This document shows, piece after piece, positions 61,338-64,000 of a stretch of DNA of 64,000 bases. The translations under genes were made by a program, and so were the position numbers. Each line of letters opens with the position of its first letter. The first letter of the stretch is position 1. Below the pieces are notes generated by a model. That model was not told the origin of the DNA and did no database searches. It worked only from the letters and a program-made list of their open reading frames with translations. Source of the DNA: Vampirovibrionales bacterium (GTDB lineage Bacteria; Cyanobacteriota; Vampirovibrionia; Vampirovibrionales; Vampirovibrionaceae); contig JARXAD010000011.1 of assembly GCA_029866025.1 (NCBI GenBank), positions 24,306 through 88,305 of the forward strand. The letters are read 5' to 3'.

Positions 61338-61529
61338 TGCCGAGGGGCCAGCCCATCAGCGCTTCCTGCACAGGGACTGCGTCCCTTGTGTATCCTGCAA
61401 CGGGTGTGAGCGATTACTCTCGTGGTTTTCAGGCGTCGCCAGAATTGCGGCTGCGCTTCGCTTGCTGGCAAGCAGGCGTTATTGGGTTAATACTAGCGCA
61501 TTGCAAACCCAACAACCCTCCCTTAACCA
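61338..61529 (+). repeat. ~192-bp palindromic interspersed repeat, copy C
   Basis: Same modules as copy B; lies about 75 bp past the 3' end of tRNA-Ser. Confidence 0.92.
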
Positions 61530-61603
61530 GGGGTTATAGGTAATAAACAAGCACTTTAAAAAGGGTAACAAGATGATAGTTTATAAGCCCATCTTGCTGG
61601 GGG

Positions 61604-61688
61604 TGGCGGAAGTGACAGGAGTCGAACCTGCAACCCCTCGCGGGGCGACCGCTTTCGAGGCGGCTCCCTAACCATTCGGATCACTTCC
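61604..61688 (-). tRNA. tRNA-Ser(CGA) with non-canonical acceptor and D-arm junction
   Basis: GGAAGTGA TCCGAATGGTTAGGGA GCCGC-CTCGAAA-GCGGT, long variable arm, CAGG-TTCGACT-CCTG TCACTTCC G CCA; discriminator G and encoded CCA. Confidence 0.88.
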
Positions 61689-61781
61689 AAACGCCACGGT
61701 GCACAGACAAGGCCTGCTTCAGGAGATCTAAAAAATAGCACTCTCACACGACAAGGTCTAGCCCTATAGGCTTAATAGGTG

Positions 61782-62585
61782 CTAACGCGAAAAAGTTAAA
61801 GCCTTGTGAACGGTAGGATTGTTCAGAACGGCTTCATGAGTCAAATCAAAATGAATGGGTGTGGCCGACACATAGTTGTGTTGTACCGCCCAACTGTCCG
61901 TGTCTTTAATTTCTTCATTGCCCAAAACGACTTCACCCGCCAACCAGTAGTACACATTGCCGCGCGGGTCCAAACGTCGGTCATAGTCATCGCTGTAGGT
62001 ACGAGTACCCAGCTTGCATAGGCGAACCCCTTTTATGTCCTCGTAGCTGGCCGTAGGGGTATTCAGATTCAGCACCGTGCGGGTGGGCAGCTTGGCCGCC
62101 AAAATAGTGGGGAGATACTCGCACAAGAACTGAGCGCTGGGGTTAAAATCGGCCCCTTTAGTGCTGCCATTAAATAAAGAAATAGCCACACTGGGCAAGC
62201 CATGAATGGCACCTTCTAAGGCCGCGCTGACGGTGCCCGAATACAGCACATCATTACCCAAGTTGGGCCCGTGATTAATGCCCGAAATCACCACATCGGG
62301 GCGTTGGTCCAAAATGGCGTTGAGCGCCAGCTTAATGCAATCGCTGGGGGTGCCGGTAACGGAATACGCTGCCTGCACCGGAAACTCACTGCTGGTTTCA
62401 AAGGGCACTTCATCCACACGCAACGGCTTGTGTAAGGTTAAGGCATGGCCCATGGCCGATCGCTCCCGATCGGGAGCCACCACAATGACGTTGTGGTACT
62501 TGCTTAGCCACGTGACGAGGGTACGAATACCAGCAGCTTGAATGCCATCATCGTTGGAAACCAGAATGGTGAGTTTGGAGGTCAT
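61782..62585 (-). CDS. surE: 5'/3'-nucleotidase SurE
   Basis: ILVSNDDG, VAPDRERSAMGHALT, GTPSDC, SGINHGPNLG, YSGTVSAALEG. Start moved to ATG 62585. Confidence 0.97.
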   Translation of the reverse strand: MTSKLTILVSNDDGIQAAGIRTLVTWLSKYHNVIVVAPDRERSAMGHALTLHKPLRVDEVPFETSSEFPVQAAYSVTGTPSDCIKLALNAILDQRPDVVISGINHGPNLGNDVLYSGTVSAALEGAIHGLPSVAISLFNGSTKGADFNPSAQFLCEYLPTILAAKLPTRTVLNLNTPTASYEDIKGVRLCKLGTRTYSDDYDRRLDPRGNVYYWLAGEVVLGNEEIKDTDSWAVQHNYVSATPIHFDLTHEAVLNNPTVHKALTFSR

Positions 62586-62736
62586 GGGCGTCTTCTTTGT
62601 GCCATACAATGCATCTTTTTATTCTAAGGGGTGATGGATAAATGGGGGGCCTTGGCCTGGGGGATTCAATGGTATAGTGGAGGCGAAATAACCCCTCAAA
62701 GCCCCACCATGCTGCAAAAGATAAGGATAGAGACCC

Positions 62737-63048
62737 ATGGAGCGCGTAATACTGGCCTACGATGGCACCGATGAACAAGCCTTGGAACGCCGCATGGCCC
62801 ACCGCGAGGCCCACTTGGCATTGATTAAAGAAATGCGGCCGTATTTGGTGCACGGTGGAGCGTTACTGAGCGATGAGGGCACCATGATTGGGTCAATGAT
62901 CATCACTAATTTCCCCTCTCAGCAAGCGTTTGAGGACTGGATGACCCGAGAACCCTTTATAACTCATAACGTGTGGAGCGATATTAAAATTTTGCCCTTT
63001 GCCACGGCTCCCAGCTTTGTGGGCAATATCCCACAGCCAGTGGCTTAA
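62737..63048 (+). CDS. YciI-family protein
   Basis: RRMAHREAHL...GGALLSDEGTMIGSMII...EPF. Confidence 0.9.
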   Translation: MERVILAYDGTDEQALERRMAHREAHLALIKEMRPYLVHGGALLSDEGTMIGSMIITNFPSQQAFEDWMTREPFITHNVWSDIKILPFATAPSFVGNIPQPVA

Positions 63049-63052
63049 GACC

Positions 63053-63454
63053 TTATTTAAGCAATTCCGCGGCTTTCAATGCAGTTTTAATGTAATCAGG
63101 GCCAAAACTAGAGCCGTCTACATTGACTGGAACTCGTAAAACATCACCAGGCTGACTTTTCGAAGGGGCTACTGCCTTTGTACTGTGGTAAAGGCTAAAA
63201 AACTGGCCACCACAATTACCATTTGCAACGATTTCATTTTCTTCTACATTCAAAGTGGCATTCTCAGGCCTAACTTTTGATGGTGTTAAAACAATGCTTT
63301 CATCCTTAAAACTGTTTACTGCAGTCTCTATAACAGCATTTACGTCTCCACGTGTTGCATCCCCAAAGCCAACACGGGTTAGCACCGTCTTGGGTAAGGC
63401 CTTTGTGCCATAAGAAGTTCGGGACAACGATGAGGCAAACAAAATCATAATCAA
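63053..63454 (-). CDS. Hypothetical protein (N-terminal VGFG motif)
   Basis: 133 aa, AT-richer DNA. Confidence 0.65.
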   Translation of the reverse strand: MIMILFASSLSRTSYGTKALPKTVLTRVGFGDATRGDVNAVIETAVNSFKDESIVLTPSKVRPENATLNVEENEIVANGNCGGQFFSLYHSTKAVAPSKSQPGDVLRVPVNVDGSSFGPDYIKTALKAAELLK

Positions 63455-63513
63455 TCAACCCTTATTTAATAACCCAACCAGCCAAAGCGTTTCTTATCAC
63501 ATTACATAACATA

Positions 63514-63933
63514 CTAAAAGAAGCGACTAAGCCACCCCCCCCTCTCCCCTACCTCGTCAAGAAGATCCAACGGATTTTTTAGATCTCCATTTTCATCATT
63601 AGCATTAATAACGTCGGTATCGTAACGTCGTTCATGCTCCCTCACACCTCTTTTCGAGGTTTTTAGGTCAAACGCGAGAACGCCTCTGTTGCTTCCATCC
63701 GTAGATTGTCCATCCACCAAGAAATCTATTCCTGTGTTGTCATACTCCGGATCGCGGCCCACCCAAGCGTGATCATTCAAAGTCCACCCATGATCCGAAC
63801 CACTGTCTTTTGCCGCCTCAAACACATTATTTAAGTAAGCCTCTGCATTATAGCCGTTTTCTCTATTCTTCTTCACGCTTCTAAACGTACAATTGGGATA
63901 AAACCCCAATGCCGTTGCAGCCCTTACCTGCAT
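63514..63933 (-). CDS. Hypothetical protein with PD-(D/E)xK nuclease-like motifs
   Basis: GYNAE, YDNTGIDFLV and AFDLKTS arranged as in the PD-(D/E)xK fold. Confidence 0.65.
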   Translation of the reverse strand: MQVRAATALGFYPNCTFRSVKKNRENGYNAEAYLNNVFEAAKDSGSDHGWTLNDHAWVGRDPEYDNTGIDFLVDGQSTDGSNRGVLAFDLKTSKRGVREHERRYDTDVINANDENGDLKNPLDLLDEVGERGGWLSRFF

Positions 63934-64000
63934 AGAACCTATCCCGTTAAGCGTCGTAGATTAATGAGCGCACAACCCAGCTTAAACAAGGCTTCGTAGT

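Noticed and set aside
61604-61688. tRNA-Sec interpretation (GGAAG...CTTCCGCCA ends resemble selC)
   Set aside because: Anticodon is CGA, not TCA, and the D-arm lacks the 6-bp Sec stem.

Overview
Bacterial chromosomal window with about 70 plausible CDS and 2 tRNAs; no rRNA, CRISPR array, integrase or transposase is seen. Housekeeping genes (short-form leuA, comEA, prfC, mutL, hisH-hisF, secG, ligA, mnmA, fliA, rsmG, pyrE, mpg, nnr, engB, surE) are interspersed with short, often AT-richer hypothetical genes. Gene content and protein style suggest a non-photosynthetic Cyanobacteriota lineage (Vampirovibrionia/Melainabacteria); this is inference from recalled patterns, not a database result. The main system is a partial Tad/Flp pilus locus (6973-13751: TadG-like, two Flp pilins, TadE, CpaB, CpaC secretin) with a sigma-28-type promoter before the major pilin. 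It converges on a translationally coupled operon of thioredoxin, PilM/N-like, PilO-like and formyltransferase genes. Structure not explained by the ORF track: a ~300-nt multi-stem RNA candidate between convergent genes (16.86-17.16 kb); a three-copy ~192-bp palindromic repeat, two copies flanking engB; a Yfr1-like sRNA / possible type I TA locus (56.66-56.82 kb); a tRNA-Ser(CGA) that fits an 8/4 fold; a degenerate tandem tRNA-Leu relic; a tandem duplication of an EF-hand-like gene with the tail of its neighbour; two HLR1-like direct repeats; and a recurrent N-terminal 'x-F-G' motif in many hypothetical proteins. All family calls are from motif recognition by eye. Several start codons were moved from the ORF track on RBS, overlap or domain grounds.
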